NCBI GenBank assembly: GCA_013239625.1
Contig: MU053520.1
Span: forward strand, 1,269,103 to 1,333,102
Length of the DNA: 64,000 nucleotides
Source: Lama guanicoe
Taxonomy: Eukaryota
Reading direction: 5' to 3'
The stretch's first letter is position 1. Each line of letters opens with the position of its first letter. The notes beneath the pieces are model-generated. The model did no database searches. It worked only from the letters and a program-made list of their open reading frames with translations, and had not been told where the DNA came from. Of this stretch, positions 39,375-52,117 are shown piece after piece. The position numbers were made by a program, and so were the translations under genes.

Positions 39375-39545
39375 TTATTGGGTTCTTGCAATGTGCCATT
39401 GGTTTACCTCAATTGTTTTATGAAACTTAGCAGACAAACATAAAGCTCTGATGGAATTTGCTCAACGTCACATAGCTAACAACTGTTAGAGGCTCAAAGC
39501 CAGGACGTGATACTGAGTCTAATGCTCTTTTTACTCTACCACAAC
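39375..39545 (-). mobile_element. MIR SINE fragment
   Basis: aatttgctcaacgtcacatagcta...gagtctaatgctctttttactctaccacaactg. Confidence 0.55.
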
Positions 39546-40797
39546 TGAATTTCTTTATAAGGGCTACTTGGAGTATGATATATATGCCCAAACTGGGAGA
39601 AAAAAAGCTACTCTGATTATCCTATACGTTTAGTTCTTATACAGAGGCAGTTCACAGAATTCAAGGTAAATTTTCAAATATATGCATTTTCAGTAACAAC
39701 ATTACACTTCCACTGACTACACTAACACTCCCATATTATATATGTTTAGTAATATACTCCTTGAAGACTATACACATAAATCCAGAAAATAGGGTAAACC
39801 CTCTTTGATTTGTGATTCTAATTATGTGAGTACCTGTCATGTATACACAGAAAAATAATTGAGATACTAAAACTTCCTTTTGATCTGTGAGAATGAAATT
39901 AGTGGCCAATCATTTTTAAGTTTCTGTTTGAATCATTTTGAGTAATACATTTAATTAAATGTAATAGTTTTCCTCAGTTTTGTGCTATGGATGATTTAAG
40001 TCTTCATTTAAATGTTAATTGCTAGTAACATCATGGAAAATCCTTTATAATTCAATTTTATTCTGCCTTAATTTTATGAAATTCAGGATATTTGTTTTGT
40101 TATAAAGTATGATGGAACATAATGATTATGAGAAGGTGAAAATGAATATGAATTTCTGCGGTAGTCTCCAAACAATTTTGCATAGTGATTCCAAGAGAGC
40201 AAAATATACTGTTTTCATGGTAGTTTCAGCACATGGAGCTTGAAATTCACAGACAGTTGCAGTCAAGCTGCAAAACTCTTCTTCATTCAAAAGAGGAAAT
40301 GATTACTTTCTGGTCTTTTCATTAGTTATCAGCAAGTCGCTACAATTAGATTAGGGATGGATGAAGACCTTATTTTCCATTTCATTCTGTGTTACATTAT
40401 CTGTGCAGTGCATATTGTGTATTTAATAGAAGTTTAGGGAAAAAGGTTAAATAGATTTATAATTTTGATGGGCTCAGTAGGAAACAGTGCCACAGTTGCC
40501 TGGTCAGACTAAAAATCAATTTATGAGCTTAACATGCAAACTGTGTTCAGTTTCAAGCAGAACTATTGCCTTCTTAGGGAGGCACCAGTCTACTCTTTTC
40601 ACAGGTGTCTTTAATATGCCTAGAAAGATGTTGTTCCTAGAATAGGAACAGTTCTGAGAATCTCATGTTGATCCAAGTGATTCATTCAGCATTAGTAAAG
40701 AGAGCTCACTAATTTAAGGCTGTGCCAAAGAGAACTGTTCAAGGTGTCAGTAAAGGCTAATCATCATTATTCATTTAAATTATTACCACATGAATTT

Positions 40798-41250
40798 TGT
40801 GCAGTATATTGATTGCATTAATGACACCTTCAAACTTTCATGTACCTATGCCCTTTGTCATGTGAATTTACACTTTCTCCCACCAGTGGATGGGTGGATT
40901 ATGTTTTCCCATCTTTTGACTTTAGTTGGCCATGTGACTAGTATTGAGAAAGAGATATTAACAAATGATATGCAAACTGAGACTTTAAAAAAGTGCTCAC
41001 TTATTTCCACTTCTCCTCTTACATCTTTGTCACTGTCATGGAAACGTGTCCAGTTTGGCCTACTGGAAGATGAAAAATGCATGACCCAGTGACTCCTGTT
41101 GCCCCAGCCAAAAGTCAGCCATATTCCAAACACGTCAGTGATCCCAGCTGAGAACCAGAACTGCCCAGGTAAGCTCAGCTTTAAAAACTAGCCTGCAAAG
41201 TTATGAGCTAAATAGATCTTACTGTTTTTTAAGTCATTATATTTTGGAAT
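40798..41250 (+). mobile_element. MLT1-family LTR, 5' part (3' end displaced to ~44400-44475)
   Basis: ccctttgtcatgtgaatttacac...ctgcccaggtaagctcagc...ttatgagctaaatagatcttactgttttttaagtcattatattttg. Confidence 0.7.
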
Positions 41251-41251
41251 T

Positions 41252-43870
41252 TTCCACTTATGTTTTCTTCTAGGAATTTTATGGTTTCTGGTCTTACATT
41301 TACTTTGAGTTAATTTTTGTATCTGGTGTAAGATAGTGGTCCCATTTTATTCTTTTGCATGTGGCTGTCCAGGTTTCCCAACATCTTTTATTGAATAGAT
41401 TCCTTTCCCCATTGTATACTCTTGACTCCGTGTCACAGATTAATTCACCACATATGTGTAGGTTTATTTCTAGGCTCTTTATTCTGTTCTGTTGATCTGT
41501 GTGTTTGTTTTGTGCTAATACTGTATGGTTTTGATTATTAGAGCTTTGTAACATAGTTTGAAATCAGGGAGTATTATACTTCCAGGCTTACTCTTTCTTA
41601 AGATTGCTTTGGCTATTCAAGATTTTTTGCAGTTCCATAAAATTTTTACAATTGTTTGTTTTAATTCTGTGAAAAAATGACTTTGGAATGTTAACAGGAA
41701 TTGCATCACATCTGTAGGTTGTTTTGAGTAACATTAACAATTTTAACAACTAACACTGTTAATTCTTCCAATCCATAAGCATGCAATATCTTTCCATTGT
41801 TTGTGTCTTGGGACAGGGAGTTCCTTGAACATAACAAGTTGTTTTTCTCTTGCTGCTTTTAAGACTCTCTCTTCATTTTTAGTTTTGCCATGTTAATTAT
41901 AATGTGTTTTTGCATGGATCTTTTTGGAGTCATCTTGTTTGGACATCTCTGGGTTTACTGGATTTGGATGTCTGTTTCTTTCCCTGGGTTAGAGAAGCTT
42001 TCAGTCATTATTTCTCCAAATTAAGTTTGTGTGTGTGTGTGTGTGTGTGTCCCTTTATTTCTCTCTTCTCCTTCTGGGACCACTATAATTAAATGCTTTT
42101 CCACTTGATGTTATCCCATAGGTCCTTTAAGTTACTTTCACTTTTTGAATTTTTTTTCTTTTTTGTTTTGGTAACTTCCACTGCCTTGTCTTCCAGATAG
42201 TTGATTCTTTCTTCTGCTTCATCCAGTCTGTAGTTGAACCCTTCTAGTATATTTTTCACATTCATTATTGCATTCTTCAGCTCTGGGACTTCTATTGGTA
42301 CTTGTTATATTTTTTCTGTCTGTGTTGAAATTCTCACTATGTTTATACATTCTTCTCCTGAGTTTGTTGTGCATCTTTGTAACCATTACTTTTAACTCTT
42401 TATCAGATAAATTACTTATCATTTCATTAAGGTTTTTTCAGGGGTTTTATCTTGTTCTTTCATTTGGGACATGGAGGAGTCCTCTGACTCCTCATTTTGC
42501 TTGAATCTGTTTGTTTCTCTGTAATAGTGAGACAGCAGCTACTGCTCCCAGCCTTGAAGGAGTGGTCTTGTGTAAGAGATGAACCATATTGTTTAACCTT
42601 TCCCTAGTTCATGGCTGTCACTTGAACTTTTGTGATTGTCTACACAGGCTGATTTATTTTAGATAAGTCTCAGTTGTTGAGGGCATGCCAAGACTTGTGA
42701 GTGATCCAGAAAGGAAGATTTCACTCAGCACTTAGTTTCAGGCTGATCAGAAGCCTGACTCTTAGGCAGTAACTTTTAAGGTAGGCGAATATATACTGCC
42801 CTGTGAGACCATGATCATACACCCTGCTGGCCTCCAGCCTAAGTGATCTGAAGGTGTCCCCTTGGTAACAGTTAGAAAAATCAAGACTCCAGCTGAATAT
42901 GTGAGCTTCTTCCCGGGAGATCCAGCAGGCTACAGTGAAGCCAAAGGAGAATGCAGAGGTGGTGTTTCCTGCTCTGTGTGCCTGATGAGCACTTTCACAG
43001 CCTCTAGATGTGTGGTAAGCCTGGAGCACTCCCGTCAGGCTGAAGCTCCAGGACAAGAAAATATGCTGTTTCAGTCTGCTATCTCTTCAGTACCCTGAGA
43101 ATGGTAGCCTGCTAAAGATGGCCCTTCCAATTATTTCATACTCAGGGTATCCAGCAATGCAATTTCTCCTGGCTACCAAAGTCAGACACTCAAGGGATAT
43201 CCACTGTTGTGGGCTGTGTGTGCCCATCTGGTCTTGGTGGGCTGCAGGAGTGACACAGGGGTGGACACACCCACTGGCACTAGTAGGTTACAAGGAGGGT
43301 ACAAAAATGGTGCCCACCAGTGTCTCCATCCCCTGAGACAATCCCAACAGGCTCTTGTCATGCTGGCAGATGCTTTAAGATGAGCAAATAGGTGTCCTGC
43401 ATATATATTATGGGTCCTTTTCAAACTTCTACTTTTGTGTTGAGTTCCAGAGCAAGTGAGCCTGTGCTCAAGCCCTTTAAGATCAGAATCTCCTTTCCTC
43501 ACAGCCCTATGATTCTCCTGGACATAAGCCTTGTTGGTTTTCAAAGCCAGGTGTTTTGGGGGCTTATTGCTCTGGTACAGGCCCCAGGGGTTATGTTGCC
43601 TGATGTTGAGCACAGATCCTTCACTCATCAGGGAGAAGTTCCATGTTTTTGAGATCCCTCCCAATTGTGGATCAGTGCACTGGGTATGGGGTTCTTGGCA
43701 GGACCATGTCTCTGCCTCTTCTTTTCATCTTTCCTTTGTTGTGGAAGAGCTATTCAGATAGTATTCAGATCAGTTTCAGAGGGAACTGATCCATGTGTGG
43801 CCATAGGTTTGTTGTGTCTGTGGGAGGAAGTGAGTTCAGGATCTTCTTAGGCGGCCATCTTGAACTGCTC
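41252..43870 (-). mobile_element. Rearranged L1: 5' UTR plus part of ORF1 joined to an internal ORF2 piece, no 3' end
   Basis: Starts (revcomp) gagcagttcaagatggccgcctaagaagatcctgaactcac; ORF 42219-42422 (MISNLSDKELKVMVTKM) is ORF1-like; ORF 41300-41554 ([23 protein letters not shown]) is ORF2-like; junction near 41810. Confidence 0.88.
42028..42050. repeat. (TG)n microsatellite
   Basis: Read directly. Confidence 0.95.
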
Positions 43871-43874
43871 ATTA

Positions 43875-44381
43875 TGCTGCTGACTTCAGGTTTGGCTGCC
43901 CACTCCTTGAAAGCCAATACTCTAGAGACAAGTGTTGGTTGGAATGGAAAGTTTACTTAATTCAGGAGGCTGGAAACCTGGGAAGAAGACCTACTCATGT
44001 CCAAGAAGTAACTCTGAACTTTCTGCTCAGGCATGACAGTTTTTAAAGGGAAAAGGGGGAAATAATCTCAGTTGATCATTAAGACAGGGGGTCAGATTCC
44101 TCATTTTCCACTGTGCACAGACTTGCTTACTCCTCTTGATCTTCCTCTAACTGCCGTTGTGTTCACAAAGTTTGCGTGTGGGATAACTGAACGAGAAACT
44201 GGGCAAAAGATCTAGTCATCCATTAATTACTCATTTTTATTCCTATGTCTTTAATCTAAGTATAGAATCAACATGTTAGGTAAGGCGTTCTGTGCTCAAA
44301 AGTTTTGAAAGGTACACTAGGGCTGGAGGTTAGTGAAGCATGGGGGCACCTGCCGTAAAGTTGTTAAAATATGACTTGACA
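43875..44381 (-). mobile_element. ERV1-type LTR, partial or short relative of 25522-26682
   Basis: Collinear with 25522-26025 (caagtgttggt, tttttaaagggaaaagggga, tttgaaa); no clear TSD. Confidence 0.8.
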
Positions 44382-44874
44382 GAGTCTATTATCTATTAGC
44401 TTTTAGGGGTTGTTTACAGCTATATTTTGAGATGGTTGGTTAGGCAGTATTATTTTGGCAGTAGGTAACTTGTATGCCACAATAAGCACCATTTCATTTC
44501 ATAGCAGGAGATGATAATGGAGGTTATTAGAATCATATCATTAATGCCTTCTTGGCTGGTGGGGGAAAAGAAGGAGAGAAAGAGAAAGATAGGGCATTAT
44601 TTTGTTGTTCTACATAGCAAGTACTAGTATTTATTCTTCTCTACCAGGTATAGAATAAGGATGGGTTCATTGGGCCTTATCTCTATATTAGAAGAAAACA
44701 TAGTCACTACAAACTATCAGTGCTAAGACTGGATGAACCAACACACAGTCAGGGTTAGGCTAGAGGCCAGGAGTTCAACAGAGAAGTGAAAGGGAAATAT
44801 GTTACTGCTGACACAACCACCCTGGGGGCAGGTTTAGTTATTTCTTGTTAAACTAAAAAGTTAGGCCAAACATA

Positions 44875-44980
44875 TAGGTTGCCAATAGGTTGCCAGATTA
44901 ATTGAATGCAAATATAAGGCACCCAGTTAAATCTCAGATAAGCAACAAATAATATTTTAAGTATGTCCCATATACTAGAT
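44875..44980. mobile_element. MER53 (hAT) half element
   Basis: taggttgccagatt...gcacccagttaaat...cagataagcaacaaataatattttaagtatgtccca; terminal taggttgcca is tandemly duplicated. Confidence 0.75.
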
Positions 44981-45399
44981 ATCTGTGTATTCTCTAGGCA
45001 TTGGGATTTATGAGGGAAAGATTTGAAGAATGGAGAACTAACTTAGTTTTATATAGTGTTTAAGGTAGTGTTTAAAATCTCTCCTTCTGGTATTTATTTT
45101 GTGGTTTGTGGTCTAAGGAATGATGTCCAAAAGTATCTTTTGCCATGTTCTGTAGAGTAAGTGATTAACTGTCACTATACGTGATGTGTGAAGGTACAAT
45201 GCAACACGGAATGTGGAGCTGGTAAAACAAACAAACAAACAAACAACTCTTTTCCAACCCACTATCCATTTGTGAATTCACCCACAAACACCATGACAAA
45301 ACAAACATGGGAAATGGCATAGTGAGTATCCTTTACCTACCTAACATCTGACTTGACTTTGCAACAAAGTCCATCCCCAAATACTTTACATACATAATT

Positions 45400-45950
45400 A
45401 TTTTTTCCCAAAATTATGTTGTCTTTCTGTTTTTATAATTATAAAATAAATTAGAAGATAAAAAATTTAATTTAAAAAGAGAAAATAGCCCCCTGAGATA
45501 ATAAAATTTAACCCCCTTTTACCACCTGAGATAACTTTTAACTTTCAGGTAAAAATTCTTTAACTTTTCTGTGTACACAGATAAACAGATAAATAGATAA
45601 GGAAAGAGAGAGAGAGAGAGAGAATAAATAGACAGATATGGTGTCCTTTCACCCCCTAGAAATAGAACTACATTATACATGCTACTTGGTAATCTGTTAA
45701 TCTTACTCAATATATTGTGGACTTTTTTTCACTATCAATAAATATGCATTTACATCCTTGTTTTTAAATATTGTGGCCAGTGAATCCATAGTATTTACTG
45801 AGTTCCTACTGAATGCAAAACAGGATGTATTTCATTGCACATATACCCCATGATAGATTTAACCAATTCTCTATACTCAGGCATTTTATGTTGTTTACCA
45901 TTATTCACTACTATAATCAAACCTACAAGGAAATCCTTGTAAGCCTATAA
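45400..45950 (-). mobile_element. Ancient L1ME 3' remnant
   Basis: tcttactcaatatattgtggactttttttcactatcaataaatat...atttaaccaattctctat...ggcattttatgttgtttacca. Confidence 0.6.
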
Positions 45951-46949
45951 CCCAACGGATAGAAGCAGATGTGTCTAGACACACTACAGAAGAGACAATG
46001 TCTTTGGAAATATTCTGACTGTACTGGGGCAAACTGCATGCACATTTCTGATTTTTATGCATATTATTAGATTTTAAATCAATAGTTTATAAAAAGACTA
46101 GTCATTCAGCCCTCTCCTTTTCATTATTCCTGACACCTTTTTCTGCCTGTAGTGTATTTATAGGTACAATTATAATCCCATGATAAGGCAAACAAGAGGA
46201 AGGAAGAAAAAGTCAGTAAAACCAGTCCTGGAGGCTTATATCCATGCTAGCATTTAGGCATATACATTTTCCCATTCATTAAATATTTGCTGAATACCAA
46301 GTATGTGTCAAGCCCTCTTCTGTGTATAGCACATGATAAGGACAGGATGGCTCTTTCCATATACCTTATGGTATGATCGGAGACACTTTGCTTGCTATTT
46401 CAACTATTAGAGCATATAGAAACTGCCCATTCATCACACTCTCTCTAACGCCAAGCATGTGTTTGTTCTTTGCCAATAATAATACATTCATAAAAGGCTA
46501 TTGTAACTAGTAGTTCTAGACTAACTTAAAAAAATTGAGATAAAACAAGGAATCATAAAAACAATACATGAGTCTCTTAAACATTTAAATATGTTTAAAA
46601 TATACTAAGGTGCATTGATCCTTAATATTTTGATGTAGATTCAAAGCCTTTTCTATTTTGGGCATGCGTCTGTTAAGGCAAACTTCTCAAGTAAATTACA
46701 AACACATTTCAAAGTGTTGTTTTGGACTTGTTGCAAAATAAGTAGCTCCAAATAATACCAGTTCAAATATTTATTTATGAGTAAGGGCCATCTTTAGTGG
46801 AGAAAAGGGACTACTAGACGAAGTATGAAAAAGAAATGTCTGTTTAAAAATATAAGACTAGTCATAAAATTGGTTAAAAGGTGGATTCATCTGCTTTTGC
46901 GGCAATAATAAAGTGAAAAAACAAAGGAAAACTTGGTGCCTTCAAAGCA

Positions 46950-47335
46950 CCTGGTTAACTGAACCTCATCACGATTCTGTGGGTTAGCTGAGGCTCATCA
47001 TCAACATGACCTGGCTTAGCTGGGTCATCAGCTGATTCCAGGCTGTTGGTCAGAGTCAGGTTGCCTCCATTTTGAGACTCAGGCTAAAGGAACAGCTTCA
47101 GTCTGGGGCATGACCTTCTCATAATGGATGTCAGAAGCTCAAGAGGATGTCCAGAAACCAGCCAAGCCTCATCAAGCCTTAGCTAAGAATTGATACATTG
47201 TCATTTCTTTCCACCTTTCACTGGCTAAAATAAGTCACATGGGCCTGCCCATGCCAGTGGGATGGGGAAATAAGCTCATCTATGGAGGGAAAGAGGGGCG
47301 AGTGGGTAGTTGCTGAACGTCACGCAATCAGTCAC
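46950..47335 (-). mobile_element. MLT1-family LTR fragment
   Basis: cacgattctgtgggttagctg...tgtcatttctttccacctttcactggctaaaataagtcacatgg. Confidence 0.7.
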
Positions 47336-48265
47336 ACTCATTATCAGCTGTGCAAATGAAAAGCTGACATCAAAGGTGGACCAGTTAATCTGATATACTG
47401 AAAATTAGTACAGACATCGCAGAACAATGTGCTGCTTCAAACAGGCTAAACATAAATTGCTGAAGTGTGTTACTGGAAATGCTAGATGGCATGTTTTCGA
47501 CTTCTATCAGGATTAAATTTATCCCCCCTTTTTAGGTACCTGGTTTTCTTTTCTTGCATAAATCATGCCTATAATTTGTCTTCTATGATTTCCACTTTCT
47601 ATTATAAAGTTCAGAGAAAATCAGGTATTCTGAATGCATAGTCTTTCTAGATTTTTATTGCTTCCATTTGTCTTACAGTTGTCTCACATATATCTAACTC
47701 AATTACCAGTAATTTTTTTTCCTAACTCATTTTTAGTGGCTTTCTAAAGCCCTCAACTTAGCTTTTATAGAGGTAACATTCTTCTCTAGTTGCACATAAT
47801 TATTTACATAATTAAATTAAGTGATTATAAAGACAAGTATTGCTATTATAAAATGGTCTGAGAACAAACACAACTGATTCACAGTAGGCATGGGGCTCAA
47901 TGGCTAAGAGCAGAAAGGCACTGCCACCCGCCATTGTGTTCAGTTGCCCCTCTTATTTAATCATTGTGTTTCACAAGGCAAATGGAAGGGGTTAATCAAG
48001 TGATTCAGTTGAGTGGAGAATGTCTACTGTTGAATTCATTTTTATGTCTGATTACTAAAGAAGTCAATTGTCTTTCAAATATGTGTTAGTCACATATATT
48101 TTCCCAAATAATTTATTTTGTTTATAGATATAAAATCATATCTTTTGTAATTAAGTAACTCTTAGCAATACTACATATGAAGCTAAGGGAGTGAATTTAA
48201 TGAGCTTCAAAATCAAGAAATGTATTGGAAAGATAACATGTATAATTCAATCATCATCAATATAC

Positions 48266-48766
48266 TGTTACCAAATCCAAACCTGTTCTGCTTACCACAC
48301 AACAGGCCAATAAATCAGGAGATGAGGTGCTGGGGCAAGGAATAGCGACTTTATTTGGAAAGCTGGCAGATTGAGAGGTTGGCAGACTAATGTCTTGGAG
48401 AACCATCCTGCTCCAGTCAGAATACAGGCTCCTTTTATACAAAAACCAGGGGAGGGGATATGTTTGGTTATTGCAAACTTCTTCCTGCTGGAATTCTTTG
48501 TTCTTACAGCTGTCCATGTGGGTCAGGCCATGGTGTTCCTGTAAACCTCCAACAAAACAAAGGTTATTTTCTGTTTTGCAACTTGCCATCTCTACATAAG
48601 TGCAGAAGTGATAACATCCTTATAGGTCAGAGCCCCGAGAATAGGCTCTCCTGTATATTTCTGGCTAAAGGCAACATTGTTTTACAAAAGATACAGAGCT
48701 AGCAAGACTAAGCCTAGAAAACAGGGCACAGTGGTTATGGGGTCAGATTTGTTCTCCTCTATTACA
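48266..48766 (-). mobile_element. ERV1-type solo LTR (501 bp)
   Basis: tgttacc...tattaca; perfect TSD atac/atac; same family as 27878 and 55874. Confidence 0.93.
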
Positions 48767-49479
48767 ATACTAGTTACAAAAGATAATGTTTTGTATTAAA
48801 TATATGCTCAGATGAGTGGTAGTTTTACATGGTAGATGTATTGGTTTGTATTTAAATTTTGGATTTAATAAAGTTTTTAAGTAAACAAGCTCCTGCTCAT
48901 TTCAATTAACATTAAAGTACGTTAGTCATTTGATAAAGAAAAGAACACTACATTATCAGTAGGGAAATGTCTTACAGAAACCTCCAACTCCATGTGTTGC
49001 TTGGCTCTTTTCCTCCATCTAAATAAGTTGTTCTTTCCTTTTTCTCTAAAGGTCAGTTGATGGAATCAAGCCTTTCATCTTGCTGAGCCGATGTCAAAAA
49101 TAAAGGTCAAGAGGAGGCATGGAGATCTGTTTGAATCAAGAATCCATATGGAAGGCTACCCTGAAAAGCAGTATCTATTCCTCGTCAAAGGAGTCAAGTG
49201 GCAGTTAGGGAACTCCTGCCAAATTAGGTTGCTTTTTCAGCACTCTATCTGGCTTGTCTTAAGGCTAACTAGCAAAATTGAGCTCCTAATTCAACATAAA
49301 TTTCTCTGAGGTAGGCACTGGAAAAGACGAGTTATAGTGTCATGCTATTTATGATGATCAGATGTGATAGGTTCAGGTCAGCCTGAATACATTTCTATTT
49401 CACCTCTCACAGGTTATTTTGCTCACTGCATTACTGAAAGCTGAGACACTAACAGCCCTTGAATTAAAAGAGGTCTAAC

Positions 49480-49770
49480 AATGTCCAGAAAGAAAGAAAA
49501 TAAAAGACCTGCAGTTTCAAGATGGGTTGCACATCTTTGCACAGAATAGGAAAGGTGGTTAATAGCAGATCTAATGGAGGAGTACAAATTTTTGTTGCTG
49601 GAGAACTTCAGGTGACAGATTGACTGTTTTTCTTTTTTGTATTTATCACAGGCAATTGAACCTGGCGAATGAAAGGAAATTAAGTTACGGAGGAAAATCA
49701 GTTCCAAGTAAAGCTTAGGAAGCAATTTCTACCCATGAAGTAATTAAGGAGTGAAATGAGTTTCTACATT
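49480..49770 (+). mobile_element. Ancient CR1/L3-clade LINE ORF2 C-terminal remnant
   Basis: Frameshifted translations IKDLQFQDGLH, ERWLIADLMEEYKFL, KLRKQFL and EVIKE*NEF parallel, in order, the CR1 motifs LKDLSYEERL, RRLRGDLIEVYKI, LRKNFF and RVVxxWNxL. Confidence 0.6.
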
Positions 49771-50267
49771 AGCTCTTGACACAGAGTCATTTTAATGAGA
49801 AGTCTTCTTGGGGAAAGTATTAAAAGTAATCTTCCCAATGGTCAAGCAGTAGCTGATTTTGAAGTTATAGAAATATAGTCCTTTACAGACAAGGTGTCTT
49901 CTTGCTCAACACGGTATTAAACAAGGACATCTCTGCCACTTTAATAACTACTCTCATTCCAGAAGAAAATAGAGGAAGGGTATCAAGGGATTTTAGAATT
50001 GTTTTGGTGATTGTTTATGTTTTTGCTTTAATTGCTAACTACTGCATCTGTGTTATATTAAGAAATAATAATAATTAAACAAATAGAAGTGTGAAAAGCA
50101 AAAGATAAGAGGGATTCACCAAACATGCCCATACTTGGGTACACCTCACATAACCATACTTGGGTGCATCGCACATAACCCTGCCAGGGATAACTGGTGT
50201 CCTCTCTTTGGATTCACTTCTGTGCATTTCTTGAAATTCTAAGTCACACAGGTTAGTGCTGTCAAAC

Positions 50268-50896
50268 TGTTAGAGCAGGCAGACAGCTAGATATGAATAA
50301 ATAAAGGAAGGATGCAGCCCAAAAAGGAGGGCTACAGGCCAACTGCAGAAAACCATACATTGTGTAAACAGCAGGGGTCCCTGGGCAGAGAAAGAAAAGC
50401 AGGAACCTCTGGGCTGATAAGCAGCCACACATTTTGGTGTGACAAGTGGCTTGGAGGCCGACAAAGAAAGGTGGAAAAAGGCAAGAATCTCCAGTGTGCC
50501 AATGTTACCTTCAACTCATTGTGTCCTCATTTCAATAAAGTGAACCTTGCAGATCAGAAGAACCCATCATGCACTGGTGCCATGACACTTCTGATCCAGA
50601 CTAAATAAGGACAAAAATCCTTCCTCCCTTTGGGAAGGTGGAGTTGGGATGAAAATCAAGGAATATGACCTCAAACCCTTCCTTCCCCAATAAATATTCC
50701 GCCCATTCATTTTTTACACTCTATGTAACCAACTTGCCAAATAAACTCAGGGCAGCTGCTCACTTGAGCCTGTCTGTTATCCCTTTGAGTGTGTACTATC
50801 AATCCCTTTATAAATCCCAACTTTACTTTCTCGACCTCCATGTCCTGTCTCTGAATTCTTTCTGTAATGGGAAAAGAACCTAGTCACTGGCAAACA
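50268..50896 (+). mobile_element. ERV1-type solo LTR (~630 bp)
   Basis: tgttagagcaggc...gaacctagtcactggcaaaca; left flank aaac, right flank runs into an (AAAC)n/(AAAAC)n tract; U5-like actttactttctcgacc...ctgaattctttc. Confidence 0.8.
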
Positions 50897-51559
50897 AACA
50901 AACAAAAACAAAACAAAACAATACATTCCTCCTTCTGTCTGTCTCCAGATGCATCTCCTAGAGAGATCATTCTGGATGATTTAGGAAAGCCAGTCATCAG
51001 GCTAAGGAATCTCTTGACCCAAGCTAAAGACTAATGTTTAAATAACAGAAAGAGAGAGATTTTTCTTTTCAGTGTCCTCTGAGGAAACTTAATAATCTGT
51101 GACTTTGTTATCACTGCATTGCAATAAAAATCAAATCACTGTCCAGTGTTGCCTGGCAGTAAAGAAATTTCAAGCAATAATCCTTTGCCCAAAATATTAC
51201 TTTTCTTTCTCTGTGTCTTCTTCAGTTTGTGTTAATTACATCTGTCTTGTTTGACTGGTTGGCATCTACTTGCATTTGCAGGATAAATCTCTTTATGTCC
51301 AGTATATTTTGAGTTTTTCTGAAAATTATCTGCCAACCATCATCTCTTCATAGCTCTGGTTCAGAATTCTGTTAAAATGTCATGCCACAGGTGAGTTACT
51401 TAGCTCCCTCTTCTCATCATCTGTACTCTTGAAACTGAATCCCCCTAAAACCTAGTCTCCCGCCAAGTTTGTGATTAACCTCTCTATTCCAAATTTTGCT
51501 CACTTTTTGTCTCACTCCTGTTCCCCTCAGGATTGAGAACTATCAAAGAAAAGGGGGAT

Positions 51560-52117
51560 TGAAATTGAGCAGGACCCTGAGATGCCTTCCAGTACAAGCC
51601 CCTCCATGTCCCCTGCTTCTGGTTTGTCCTTCAGTGATTTCCAAAGTGCAGGAAAAAAGCAGTTAATGATGAGAACTATACAGTCACAGGACTCCTAGTT
51701 TCTCCTGAAGGGATGTAGATAACAATCTGATGAGTATCTTTAACTTGTTCTGCAGAAAACTAAGACCCCTCACCCTGTGGAGGATGGTGACTCCATGCTG
51801 AATGCAAGCACATAGACCCCAAACTGATTAGAAACAGTAGGTTGATAATTAAAATTCCCAAAACATAACCATGTTACCTCACCACCGACCAATCAGAAAA
51901 ATGTCCAGGAGCTGATGGCACACACCTTGCAATCCTCACCCTTAATACTGTCTTTAAAAACCCTTGCCTGAAAGCCATCAGGGAGTTCAGTTCCTTTGAG
52001 CATAGCTACTTGCTCTCCTTGCTCGGCACCCTGCATTAAACACTGCACACGGCCCAGTGTCAGTAGACTGATTGTACTGTGTGTCAGGCAAGCAGATCTG
52101 AGTTCCATTCTGTAACA
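51560..52117 (+). mobile_element. ERV1-type LTR preceded by a polypurine tract (3' LTR)
   Basis: aaagaaaagggggat|tgaaattgagcagg...ctgtaaca; CCAAT box (ccaatcag), tttaaaaa TATA-like element, ATTAAA signal; flanks ggat/ctct do not match. Confidence 0.85.
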
